Positions 19,131-28,516 of a stretch of DNA of 64,000 nt are shown in pieces. The notes beneath the pieces are model-generated. The model was not told the DNA's origin. It saw only the letters and a program-made list of their open reading frames with translations, and searched no databases. Where the stretch lies: contig CAWKMU010000003.1 in assembly GCA_963850905.1 (NCBI GenBank), forward strand, positions 512,001 to 576,000. The letters run 5' to 3'. Origin of the DNA: an uncultured Gemmatimonadales bacterium. Its GTDB lineage: Bacteria > Gemmatimonadota > Gemmatimonadetes > Gemmatimonadales > Gemmatimonadaceae. The position numbers and the translations under genes were made by a program. Numbering within the stretch: the first letter of the stretch is position 1; each line of letters starts with the position of its first letter.

Positions 19131-20008
19131 CGCTCGATCAGCTGCACCGCCTCGACATGATCCGCCGCCTCGCCCAACTCCGCGTGTGACAGTCGCATCA
19201 TTTCGGCTGCCAGCTGCACGACCGGGGAGGGAACCTTCTGGTCCCGCAGAAACGCGGCGGCGATCGCCACATCTTTGTCGAGAAGGGCCAGTCGAAACGT
19301 GCGAGGAAAGGCCCGTGTGAGGACGCGCTGTGGGATCAGATTCATCGTTGCGTTCGACCGACCACTCGACGCGTTGATCACGTCGAGCGCAACCTGCGGC
19401 GCGACTCCAGCTTTGCGCAGCCCCGCGAGCCCCTCGGCGGCCGACCAGATCGCGACCGCCAGGAGTGCGTTGTTCACCGCCTTGACCGCGGCACCCGCCC
19501 CGACTGGCCCACAGTGAACGATCTTGCTGCCGAAGGTGGCCAGCACGGGTCGCACCCGTTCCAGCACCGCCGCGTCCCCGCCGCACATGATCGTGAGCGT
19601 CCCTTGCTCAGCACCGCTCGTGCCGCCGCTCACGGGCGCGTCGATGTAGGCGATGCCCCGCTGAGCCAGATCCGCCGCAATCCGGCGCGACGTCGGCGGA
19701 TCGCCTGACGTGCAATCGACCCATATCGCGTGCGGTGCCACATCGTACAACAGCGTGGGGTTGTCCGCGAGCAGGGCAACGACGTCGGCTGACGTCGACA
19801 GGCACGTAATGATCACGTCCGCGCGCTGAGCGGCTTCCCCAGCAGTCGCCGTGACGCGCGTCGGCACGCCCGGCGGGATTGTGGCCTCAAATCGTTCGGC
19901 GCGCGCCGGCGTGCGATTCCAGACCGAGAGCTCGAGTCCCGCCGCGGCGACGCGGTGCGCCATGCGCCCGCCGATGTCCCCCAAACCGAGAAAAGCGATG
20001 CGTGTCAT
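19106..20008 (-). CDS. NAD(P)-dependent beta-hydroxyacid dehydrogenase (3-hydroxyisobutyrate dehydrogenase family)
   Basis: FLGLGDIG Rossmann motif, DAPVSGG, catalytic KAVNN, FRLALLDKD. Confidence 0.92.
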   Translation of the reverse strand: MTRIAFLGLGDIGGRMAHRVAAAGLELSVWNRTPARAERFEATIPPGVPTRVTATAGEAAQRADVIITCLSTSADVVALLADNPTLLYDVAPHAIWVDCTSGDPPTSRRIAADLAQRGIAYIDAPVSGGTSGAEQGTLTIMCGGDAAVLERVRPVLATFGSKIVHCGPVGAGAAVKAVNNALLAVAIWSAAEGLAGLRKAGVAPQVALDVINASSGRSNATMNLIPQRVLTRAFPRTFRLALLDKDVAIAAAFLRDQKVPSPVVQLAAEMMRLSHAELGEAADHVEAVQLIERWAGVEIA

Positions 20009-20077
20009 GCCGCAAAAATACGGCAACGGTCGACGAATATGCATTGGGGCTTGTGGATCGCCGCGTAAATTTCGGCG

Positions 20078-20857
20078 ATGCCCCGTCGGAACATTGTGTT
20101 TCTGCTCATTGCGACCGTTGCCGCGATCTGCTGCGCCCGCCTGGGCTTCTGGCAGCTGCACCGCCTGGCCACGCGACGTGCATACAATGCCGTCGTATCG
20201 TCCCGCCTCGACACACCCCCGATGGCGTTGGCAGCAGTGCCGCCCGACACCGGCGAGCGCCACTACCGGCGCGTACGACTCGCCGGCACGCTCGACTTCT
20301 CACACGAGGTGCTGTTGATCGACCGAGTCCGGGACGGCGCACCTGGCGTCAACTTCATCACGCCAATGCGCGCCGACTCGGGCATGCTCGGAGACACGAC
20401 GGTGCTCGTGGATCGCGGCTGGGCCTACGCCGCCGATGGAATGTCCGTCGACGCTGCACAGTGGCAGGAGCCCACCCACCTGACAGGGACTGGATACCTC
20501 GTCGCCCTCGCGCCGGGCCAGGGCCCCGCGACCTTGTCGGCGTCGGGCCATCCGGACGAGTACCGGTGGCTCGACCGCGCCGCCATCGAGCAGCGCGTGG
20601 GGCATCCGGTAGCCGACTACCTCGTGGTGTTGCAGAGCGGCGGGAACGCGACGGCCGACGCATTGCCGGATGCGAACGGAGGCCATGCCGCACGCGCCCC
20701 AACCCGCCTCCTGGCCCCACCGCTCGACGAAGGCCCGCATCTGAGCTACGCGATCCAGTGGTTTTCTTTCGCCATCACCATCATCGTCGGCACGTGGTAC
20801 GCACTGTTCATCGCGCCGCGGCGACGCGACATCGTCGTGCCGCCTAGAACAGCGTGA
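20078..20857 (+). CDS. SURF1 family cytochrome oxidase biogenesis protein
   Basis: LGFWQLHR, VLVDRGW, HLSYAIQWF. Confidence 0.93.
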   Translation: MPRRNIVFLLIATVAAICCARLGFWQLHRLATRRAYNAVVSSRLDTPPMALAAVPPDTGERHYRRVRLAGTLDFSHEVLLIDRVRDGAPGVNFITPMRADSGMLGDTTVLVDRGWAYAADGMSVDAAQWQEPTHLTGTGYLVALAPGQGPATLSASGHPDEYRWLDRAAIEQRVGHPVADYLVVLQSGGNATADALPDANGGHAARAPTRLLAPPLDEGPHLSYAIQWFSFAITIIVGTWYALFIAPRRRDIVVPPRTA

Positions 20858-21704
20858 GCTGATCTCCCATCCGCTCGGGGGGAACCGGCGACTGTCCCAG
20901 CAGGTCCTGGAGCATCCGCGCCGACGCCGGCGCATGACCGGCGAAGTAGTTGCTCATGTAGGCGTAGACCGTCTTCACGCGATCCTGCAGCCGGCGGATC
21001 GCGTCGGCCCACACGGCGAGGTCGCGCGATCGGTCGACCTGCAGACGGGTGTGGTCGACGAGGTCGCGGTCGGGGCCCAGCCATCGGACATAGGCGAAGT
21101 CCGCGGTCGGGCGTTCGACGAGCGACAAGGTGACGCGTCGCGGGATGAACCGGGTGTCCGTGAGCGCGAGCGCGACGTTGTGCTCCGCCAAGAGCGCGAG
21201 GACGCCGTCATGAATCCATCCACGGTGGCGAAACTCGACGGCGAACGCGAGATCGCGCGGCAAGCGCGGAAGGAACGCGGCCAACGCGGGTAGCTCCGTC
21301 GGCGCGAACTCGGGCGCGAATTGGAAGAGAATGGGCCCGAGCTTCGACCCGAGCATCCGCGCACGATCGAAGAAGAGCTCTGCCAACTCCTGTGCGTCGC
21401 GCAACCGATGCTCGTGCGTCACTTCCTGCGGCATCTTGAGCGCGAAGACAAAGCCGGCAGGCACGCTCCCCGCCCAGCTGCGGACGGTGCTCGGTGATGG
21501 CGTCGAGTAGAAAGTCGCGTCGATCTCCACCGTGTCGAATGCGCGCGCATAGACGGAGAGAAACGACGCCTGCCGTGTGTCGAGCGGATAGAATGGCCCC
21601 TGCCACGCGGCGTAGTTCCAGCCCTGCGTCCCGATCCGGACGAGCCCGGGCTCCGCACGAGTGGACGCACTCGCCGACCGCGACCGCGAGGACTGGGAGG
21701 CCAT
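20844..21704 (-). CDS. DUF72 family protein
   Basis: IGTQGWNY, FDTVEIDATFY, FALKMP..VTH, AVEFRH, YMSNYFAGHAP. Confidence 0.92.
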   Translation of the reverse strand: MASQSSRSRSASASTRAEPGLVRIGTQGWNYAAWQGPFYPLDTRQASFLSVYARAFDTVEIDATFYSTPSPSTVRSWAGSVPAGFVFALKMPQEVTHEHRLRDAQELAELFFDRARMLGSKLGPILFQFAPEFAPTELPALAAFLPRLPRDLAFAVEFRHRGWIHDGVLALLAEHNVALALTDTRFIPRRVTLSLVERPTADFAYVRWLGPDRDLVDHTRLQVDRSRDLAVWADAIRRLQDRVKTVYAYMSNYFAGHAPASARMLQDLLGQSPVPPERMGDQLTLF

Positions 21705-21910
21705 GGGCACAGTATAGGGGCCGGGAGCAGCGGAAGTGAGGGTTGGGGAAAGGCTGGACGTGACGTTGGATGTTGGAGAACAAACCGAGGGTCCGCTCGG
21801 CGCACAGTGACCGGCCCTGGACCGGTAGGGGCGACGCATTGCGTCGCCCGTTGGTGTCGTTGCGGTTGGTTCCCTGACCCCTGACCCCGACCCCTGATAC
21901 CGCAGTCGCC

Positions 21911-23416
21911 TTACCTATACGTTTCGAAAAACCCCGTCCCTTCTCCCGACAACGGCACGCCCCCGATACGCCCCGAGATCCGGGCGCGCCCCTTCATCTG
22001 GACAAAATAGGGGTGCACGAGCCGGCGAGCGGCAGCCGTTGCCCCACGCTCGATGAGCGGCCGGCGGGTATCGGTCGCCACGGCGTCTTCGACTGTGAGG
22101 TCCACACGCAGCGTATCCGCCCCTCGGACATCGGCGAGTCGCGCCGCCGATGGCACGCGCACCCGTCGCCCGTCCACGACGATGGTGCGGTGGTCAGTGT
22201 AGGCAATCGCCGACGGGCGAAAGACTGAGCGAAACCCCAGCGAATCAACCAGGTACACGAAGAGCGGCGAGTTTCCACCGAGGGAATCTGGCGGCTGTAC
22301 GCGGCCAAAGAGCAGCGCGAAGCTGCCGGCGCGCGCGGCCCCCCATTCCCACGTGACACCACGCCAGACGCCCCAATTGTGGTCGTGGTACGCCTGTGCG
22401 GCATCATACCGGGTGCAGCGCGCGCCGGCGCAGATCCGCCCACTGCCATTGGCCTTGAGGGCGGGCACGGTATACCCCGAAGCAAAATCCCCAGTCGCGA
22501 TATCCACGCCAGGGAAGTAGGCCCGCGGCGCCGGCGTGATCGTCAGGTCGACATCGATGCTCGCCCCTCCGGCATCCCGAGCGTGCGCCCGCACGGCGTA
22601 CCGGCCGTCGCCCAGCAAACGCACCGACGAGGGACCGATCTGGAGATCCGGAGAGGTCGTCGAGAAATGAATGCCCGCGGGTGGTGCCGTCGCCACGTAC
22701 CGGTGCTCTCGCGCCGGCGCGTCGGCCGCGGGGGCGGTGTGCGTCGTTACGAGCACCTGCCCGCCCCATTCGCCTCGTCCGACCGCACCGCCAAGAATGA
22801 AAGAGATGAAGACCCACTGCCGGCGGTCAGCGGACACGATGTTGAAGTAGTGCCACTCGCCCCAGCTCTGCGGGTTGGCGATCCCCGGGGGCGGCACGTG
22901 GAAGTGGTCGATGTCCGCCTCCAGCTCGGCCGGCGTTGGATGGGCCCACCGGCGGTCGATGTCGTCATCTGTCCACTGGCCCGCTGCGAGTGCTGGCGCC
23001 GCACCCACGGCGGCGGTGGCCGACGGCAAGTCGCCCAGCGCTCGGACTGGGCGTTCCTCGCCGTCGGCGGTCGTGAGATACAACAGCTTCTCGTCGCTTT
23101 GCGGCGCCACCGCGCGCACGAACGGTGCGAGCCGCGGGGACGCGAGCAACTGGAGAGCAACGAACCGTGCGTTGGGAATCGAGAAGAACATGCCGCCGAG
23201 GCCACCCGTCTTCATCACTTCCACGTCGATCCCATCGGGCAGCACCGTGACGTCGCCGCCGCCAACCAACCGCTCATCCTGCGCCTGAGTCACCATTGCT
23301 CCGCCGATGGCGAGCAGTACGATCATGACGGCCACGCCCAATCCGAAGCCGATGAAGAGCAGCGCCGACCGCCAGGGCTTGTAGAGAAAGTTGCGAACGG
23401 CCAGAAGGGTCAACAT
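21911..23416 (-). CDS. Fusion of a MacB/FtsX permease N-terminal half with an AttH/CrtC-like lipocalin-type domain
   Basis: N-terminal LAVRNF...RSALLFIGFGLGVAVMIVLLAIG (MacB TM1); C-terminal EWHYFN and AYHDHNWG..WEW motifs typical of AttH/hydratase/tocopherol-cyclase-like folds. Confidence 0.7.
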   Translation of the reverse strand: MLTLLAVRNFLYKPWRSALLFIGFGLGVAVMIVLLAIGGAMVTQAQDERLVGGGDVTVLPDGIDVEVMKTGGLGGMFFSIPNARFVALQLLASPRLAPFVRAVAPQSDEKLLYLTTADGEERPVRALGDLPSATAAVGAAPALAAGQWTDDDIDRRWAHPTPAELEADIDHFHVPPPGIANPQSWGEWHYFNIVSADRRQWVFISFILGGAVGRGEWGGQVLVTTHTAPAADAPAREHRYVATAPPAGIHFSTTSPDLQIGPSSVRLLGDGRYAVRAHARDAGGASIDVDLTITPAPRAYFPGVDIATGDFASGYTVPALKANGSGRICAGARCTRYDAAQAYHDHNWGVWRGVTWEWGAARAGSFALLFGRVQPPDSLGGNSPLFVYLVDSLGFRSVFRPSAIAYTDHRTIVVDGRRVRVPSAARLADVRGADTLRVDLTVEDAVATDTRRPLIERGATAAARRLVHPYFVQMKGRARISGRIGGVPLSGEGTGFFETYR

Positions 23417-24171
23417 GCGGAACGTCGCACGCCGGTGCCGGATTCGCCGACGATGTCTCCATCGCGCATGTGAACGACTCGTTGGGCCGCTGCGGCCAGC
23501 TCGTCGTCATGGGTCACGACGACGATCGTCGTCCCATTGGCGTGGAGCTGCCGAAAGAGCTCGATGATCTGCCTCCCGGTACCGGCGTCCAGCTCGCCGG
23601 TCGGCTCGTCGGCGAGGAGAATCGCGGGACGATTGGCCAACGCGCGCGCAATGGCGACGCGCTGCTGCTCGCCGCCGGAGAGTTGCGCGGGCCGATGCCG
23701 AGCGCGATCGGAGAGACCGACGTACGCCAGCAGCTCCTGCGCGCGTGCGCTGCGTTCTGCGGATTTGACCCCGGCCTCGGCTAGCGGCAACTCGATGTTC
23801 TCGCGAGCGGTCAACGTTGCGAGCAAGTAGAACCGCTGAAAGACGAAACCGATGTTGTGGAGGCGAAAAAGCGTCGCTTCGCGGTCCGGCAGCGCGCCGA
23901 CGTCGCGCCCGCGAAAGAGCACGTCGCCCGACGTTGGCCGGTCGATGACGCCCAGAAGATTGAGGAGCGTCGACTTCCCGCAGCCGGACGGCCCGACGAT
24001 CGCCACGTGCTCGTTCGCGGCGATCTCGAGCGACAGGCCGCGCACCGCGCGGACCACCTCGTCTCCCATCCGGTATTCGCGCCGCAGGTTGCGCACCTTG
24101 ACGATCGCACCGTCGGATCGATCGTCCATGCGCCACGCCGCGCGTGGGATCGAGCGCCCGAATACCGTCAT
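23410..24171 (-). CDS. ABC transporter ATP-binding protein (LolD/MacB type)
   Basis: [42 protein letters not shown]. Confidence 0.95.
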   Translation of the reverse strand: MTVFGRSIPRAAWRMDDRSDGAIVKVRNLRREYRMGDEVVRAVRGLSLEIAANEHVAIVGPSGCGKSTLLNLLGVIDRPTSGDVLFRGRDVGALPDREATLFRLHNIGFVFQRFYLLATLTARENIELPLAEAGVKSAERSARAQELLAYVGLSDRARHRPAQLSGGEQQRVAIARALANRPAILLADEPTGELDAGTGRQIIELFRQLHANGTTIVVVTHDDELAAAAQRVVHMRDGDIVGESGTGVRRSAC

Positions 24172-25358
24172 ACGATCGCCTCGCGGCGGAGTGTGGCCGC
24201 GATCGGGAGGGCCGATGCACGCCACGCCGGATACGCCCCCGCGAGCACGCCAGCCGTCACGAGCAGCGCCAGCGTGCGCCAGGCATCCACTGGCTGGAAA
24301 AGAAAGAAGTGGAACGCCGCTGGCAGCCCCGGGAAATCGGAGAGGATGGCATTGAGGTACCTCGCGGTCACGAGACCCAGGCCGAGTCCGAGGGCTGTGC
24401 CGGACAGTGCCAGCACGAGCGCCTCGAGCACGATCTGGATCACGACGCGCACCCGGCGCACGCCGATCGCGCGCATGACGGCGATCTCCCCGAGTCGTTC
24501 GTTCACGGAGACCGTCACGAGGGTGGTGACCAGGAGGAAGCCGACCGTGAAGCTCACCGCCCCCAGGATGAGCGCGAGCTGCCCGAAGTATCCGAGTCGC
24601 TCGTCGACCTGTCGCAACGCCGCGGGCGTCGACAACGTGGACACGCTCGGGAAGCGGCGATCCACCCACGCGGCCACGGAATCCGCATTCACGGAGTCGC
24701 GCACCTTGGCGAGAAACAGCGAGGCGCGATCGGCCCGCTGTGCGCCACCCATGGCCTGCAGTGTCGCGATCGGAATGGCCATCGCCGGTTCGTCGGCCGC
24801 CGTGTAGAAGAATCGACCGACGCCGGCGATCACGACCCGTCGCCGTCCGGCATAGGTCCGCAACTGCGAGTCGAGACCCGTGGCGACGTCCAGCGTGTCG
24901 CCCAGTCGTGCGTGCGCGCGCGAGAGGAACGCCGTGTTGACCACCACGCGATCGGTCCCGGCGAGCGAGTTCCCCTGCTCCAGCTGATAATCCGCCTGCG
25001 TCGCGGGATCGAGTCCCACCGCAAAGGTCGTCAGGCCGGCTCGGCCGCCGAGCAGCAGATGGATCTGCGCACCGAGCACCGGCGTCGCACTGGTGATGTC
25101 GGGGTTCGCCCGCAACGCCGCGAGGATGTCACTCGCGTGCCCGATGGTGGCCTCGGTATCCATCGGCAGCGTCCCCTTGGGAGCGATCCGCAGATCGAAC
25201 CCCTGGACCAACAGGAACCGGCGGAACGACTCCCGCATCCCGGTCGACAGCATGACCATGTCGAGCAGCAGCGCCGCCGCCACTGCCACGCCGGCGACCG
25301 CCAGCGCCGTCCGAGCCGTGTGACGGCGCAGGGAGGCGATCGCCAGCGACGCAATCAT
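24168..25358 (-). CDS. ABC transporter permease (MacB/FtsX family)
   Basis: TM1, periplasmic domain, then SVNERLGEIAVMRAIG, three TMs and YPAWRAS. Confidence 0.92.
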   Translation of the reverse strand: MIASLAIASLRRHTARTALAVAGVAVAAALLLDMVMLSTGMRESFRRFLLVQGFDLRIAPKGTLPMDTEATIGHASDILAALRANPDITSATPVLGAQIHLLLGGRAGLTTFAVGLDPATQADYQLEQGNSLAGTDRVVVNTAFLSRAHARLGDTLDVATGLDSQLRTYAGRRRVVIAGVGRFFYTAADEPAMAIPIATLQAMGGAQRADRASLFLAKVRDSVNADSVAAWVDRRFPSVSTLSTPAALRQVDERLGYFGQLALILGAVSFTVGFLLVTTLVTVSVNERLGEIAVMRAIGVRRVRVVIQIVLEALVLALSGTALGLGLGLVTARYLNAILSDFPGLPAAFHFFLFQPVDAWRTLALLVTAGVLAGAYPAWRASALPIAATLRREAIV

Positions 25359-26173
25359 CGGCCAAAGAGCGTGAGTGGCGGCATGCGGGCGAGCCGCGTG
25401 CTCGCGACGAGTCCGGCGACGAGCCCCAGGACCACAGCGAGTGAAACCGCCAGGCCGACGATGTCAGGCGTCACCAGCGCAAACGCCAGTTGCGTCCGAT
25501 ACACGCCACGGTAGTGCCAGTTGATGAAGAGCGATGTGGCCCACCCGACTACCACGCCGACGGCGCTCCCCACCAGCGCGATACACGCTGCCTCCATGAC
25601 CACGGAGGTCACGACAGACACGCGCGAAATCCCGATCAGACGAAGCGCCGCGACATCATGCCGACGCTCATCGACTCTCAGGATGAGCAGGCACACGAGA
25701 AAGATCGCGCTCGCCACGACCGTGATGACCGCGATCGCCTTGTGAAACCGGCTGACGACCTGGAACGTCTTCGACGTCCCCACCGCCACGTCGCGAGACC
25801 GGTAGGCGTGAAACCCAAAGGCCTCGCCATTGATTGCCGCCAGCGCCCGATCCGTTGCGGCGCCACCGACGGTTCGGATCGCGAAGCGGTCGACCTCGTC
25901 GGCAGCGTTCGTCAGTCGTTGGAGCTCCGTCAGATGGACTCGGACACGATAGTCGTCGCGCGCTACGTCGGACGGGTCGGTGCCCGGTTGCACGATCGCG
26001 CGGATGACGACCGTATCGCCTCGCCCCGCCGCCGCGTCGCCTGGCTGGCCTGCGATGACCACCCGATCACCCACTCGGAGGTGCGCATCCGCCGCCAGGC
26101 GCGAATCGATCGCAATCGTGCGCGGCGGTCCGCCTGCCTGCACGAGCCACACGAGTGCCAACGCCATCAACAT
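25355..26173 (-). CDS. Truncated FtsX-like permease (C-terminal half only, with its own leader)
   Basis: Short hydrophobic leader, IAIDSRLAADAHLRVGD, RVDERRHDVAALRLIG and three TMs; lacks the MacB TM1 region. Confidence 0.85.
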   Translation of the reverse strand: MLMALALVWLVQAGGPPRTIAIDSRLAADAHLRVGDRVVIAGQPGDAAAGRGDTVVIRAIVQPGTDPSDVARDDYRVRVHLTELQRLTNAADEVDRFAIRTVGGAATDRALAAINGEAFGFHAYRSRDVAVGTSKTFQVVSRFHKAIAVITVVASAIFLVCLLILRVDERRHDVAALRLIGISRVSVVTSVVMEAACIALVGSAVGVVVGWATSLFINWHYRGVYRTQLAFALVTPDIVGLAVSLAVVLGLVAGLVASTRLARMPPLTLFGR

Positions 26174-26233
26174 GGCTCGAAAGATAGAGCAGGCGAATCC
26201 CTGCTTTGCGTCTACTTTCTACTTTCTGTGCTT

Positions 26234-26630
26234 CTACTCTCTCGGGCGCTTTAGCGCCCGCGGGACTGCGCGCGACAATGCGGCGAAGGTGCGCGTGCCG
26301 CCGCGCACCACGAGATAGCCGACCAGCAGCTCGACGCCCCCCGTGATGAGGGCGGAAATCCACACCTTGCCGACCGCCAGCGTCAGCGCAGCCGCGATGC
26401 CGATGGTCAGCGCCGACAGTGCAACGGCACCCGCACCGAACGCCACACCCAACAACGCGGCACCTCGGCTGGTGACGTGCAGCTTGTCCGCCATTCTCGA
26501 GCTTGGCGAGCCGGATCTCGTTCCCGGCCAGCCGTTTCGAGTCATCGCTTAGCCGGCGCACCAGATCGACCAGGGTCGCCGGTGTGCCCGCCGCCTGCTG
26601 AATGCGTAGGTCGCTGCTTGCCACGATCAT
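26234..26630 (-). pseudogene. Phage-holin-like (YqjE/superfamily III) membrane protein, +1 frameshift near 26495
   Basis: LVDLVRRLSDDSKRLAGNEIRLAKLE continues in another frame as MADKLH...two TMs; there is an extra A in GAG-A-ATG. Possibly a sequencing error. Confidence 0.7.
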
Positions 26631-27106
26631 CCCGCGTCGACGCTGGATGGCTTTGGCTGGCAAACATCGTTCCCAGCGGAAGGGCGATTGGCACGCACCA
26701 GCAGGACGGGCACCAGCGACCGGTGACGCACTTCGTTCGCGACGCTTCCCCGCCAGAGATCTGCCAGGAACCGATGCCCGTGGGTCGACATCGCGATGAG
26801 TGAGCAATGCTCGCGCTCGGCGGCCGCAGCGATCTCAGCGGCCGGATCGCCCGTAGCCAAAACGGCCTCCGCCGAAAAGCCTTCACTGGCGAGCTGCGTC
26901 ACGAGCTGATCGAGATACGCGCGATCGTCGCGCATCTCCTGAGACTCGCGCAGCACCAGTTGCTCGATGTTCCGCGCCACCCATCCGTCCGCAACGTGGA
27001 TGAGTACGAGCGCCGAACTGCACAGGCGTGCCAGGCCACGCACGTGGTCGATGATCGACGCGTCCGCCGGCGAGTGCTCGAGTGCCACGAGGATGCGCTT
27101 GTACAT
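26627..27106 (-). CDS. Universal stress protein
   Basis: MYKRILVAL, LIHV, GDPAAEI, LIAMSTHG..GSVANEV..PVLLVR. Confidence 0.93.
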   Translation of the reverse strand: MYKRILVALEHSPADASIIDHVRGLARLCSSALVLIHVADGWVARNIEQLVLRESQEMRDDRAYLDQLVTQLASEGFSAEAVLATGDPAAEIAAAAEREHCSLIAMSTHGHRFLADLWRGSVANEVRHRSLVPVLLVRANRPSAGNDVCQPKPSSVDAG

Positions 27107-27402
27107 GAGGCAACCTGCGGGTTCAGGGACCAGGAGTCAGGGGTCAGGATTCAGGGATCAAGGATCAGGATCAGGGAACAAATCGTAACGCCGACCGCGC
27201 GCAGCGTGGCTGGCCTTGGACCGGTAGGGGCGACGCAGTGCGTCGCCCGTCGTTGTCGCGGCGGGTGGTTGCCGTTCCCGCACCCCTCGCCGACGCATTA
27301 CGTCGCCCGTTGTTGCCGCGGCGGTTGGCCGTTTGTGTCTCCTTTCCGCTTTCCCCTTTCTCCCTTCTACGTGGCGCGCAGCGCCCGTCCCCCGATTCTT
27401 AG

Positions 27403-28020
27403 TTATACCCCGGGCAACACAGACAGCAACTGCCGAAGGATCCGCTCGGTCATGCCCCAGACGACGTAATCGCCGTGCAGGAAGCTCGTCACCCTGCGCT
27501 CGGCACCACCGACGTGGACCGTCGACTCCGTGATCGCCCCCGGGGCGGTCAATTCTCCCAGCGGCACCCAGAACGCCGCGGCGACCTCGTCGCTCAGCTC
27601 GAGCGGGGCGTCCTCGCGCAGCAGCGCGACGAATGGGCGCACGAGAATCTTCCTGGGCATCGATCGCGGCTCCAAATCTTCCAGGGCGCCGAGGATCTCC
27701 CCTCTCTGGACGAGATCGAGCCCCGTCTCCTCTCGCGTTTCGCGGATTGCCGTCTCTTCCAGCGTGCGGTCTGTCGGGTCCTCCCGCCCGCCGGGCAGAG
27801 CCACGTGCCCGCTCCATGGGTCTCCTTCCCGCTCGGCTCGCTTGATGAGAAGGATTTCGATCCCGGCGTGCCCCGGTCGAAGCACGAGTGCCACCGCCGC
27901 CCGCGGCACGCCCGCGGGCGATTCCCTGACCGGGGGACGTCGGTGGCGCAGTCCTTCGCGTAGTCCGATGAGAGTCGACTGGACGACCGCCGGCCACAGG
28001 TCACCCGTCGACGTCTCCAC
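27403..28020 (-). CDS. Nudix hydrolase (CoA pyrophosphatase-like)
   Basis: AAVALVL, WSGHVALPGG, Nudix box TAIRETREETG, VWGMT. GTG start assumed. Confidence 0.9.
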   Translation of the reverse strand: METSTGDLWPAVVQSTLIGLREGLRHRRPPVRESPAGVPRAAVALVLRPGHAGIEILLIKRAEREGDPWSGHVALPGGREDPTDRTLEETAIRETREETGLDLVQRGEILGALEDLEPRSMPRKILVRPFVALLREDAPLELSDEVAAAFWVPLGELTAPGAITESTVHVGGAERRVTSFLHGDYVVWGMTERILRQLLSVLPGV

Positions 28021-28363
28021 CCCCTTCGACCCACGCGCGGAATCCGCCCGCGAGGTGCGAGACGTTGGTGTACCCCATCTCCTGCAGCGTCTGAGCCGCC
28101 AGCGCCGATCGGTTGCCGCTCGCGCAATAGACCACGACCGCCGCGTCCCGGGGCACGCGCTGTTCGACGGTCGTCTCCAAAGTGCCGCGCGGAATGAACG
28201 TCGCTTGCGGCAGATGGCCGAGGTTCCACTCGTTTTGCTCGCGGACGTCGAGATAAACGACCGGCGCGCCGTGCGCCTGCATGTCGCGCACCTGCGACAC
28301 TGATGTCTCGCGGATCCGCTGCTTGGCCTCATTGATGAGCTGCGCACCAGTCTTGACGGGCAT
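28001..28363 (-). CDS. Rhodanese-domain protein
   Basis: LDVREQNEW..GHLPQA, YCASGNRS, LAGGFRAW. Confidence 0.93.
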   Translation of the reverse strand: MPVKTGAQLINEAKQRIRETSVSQVRDMQAHGAPVVYLDVREQNEWNLGHLPQATFIPRGTLETTVEQRVPRDAAVVVYCASGNRSALAAQTLQEMGYTNVSHLAGGFRAWVEGGGDVDG

Positions 28364-28516
28364 TGGCCTCTCTTGGGGCAATCTCGTGCGGGCGGGCGAG
28401 CGATGACGTCGAGCGCGAGAGCCAGCCAAGGCAAATTAATCTGAAGCCGCCACGGTCGCTCTTCGCACACCGCCCGCGATGACGCGTCGCCGACGCCACA
28501 CGGCGACTGTGTCGGC

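Noticed and set aside
26234..26630. Holin-like genes (here and at 63634-64000) as prophage evidence
   Set aside because: This family is commonly chromosomal beside DUF3618 and stress genes, and no phage genes are nearby.
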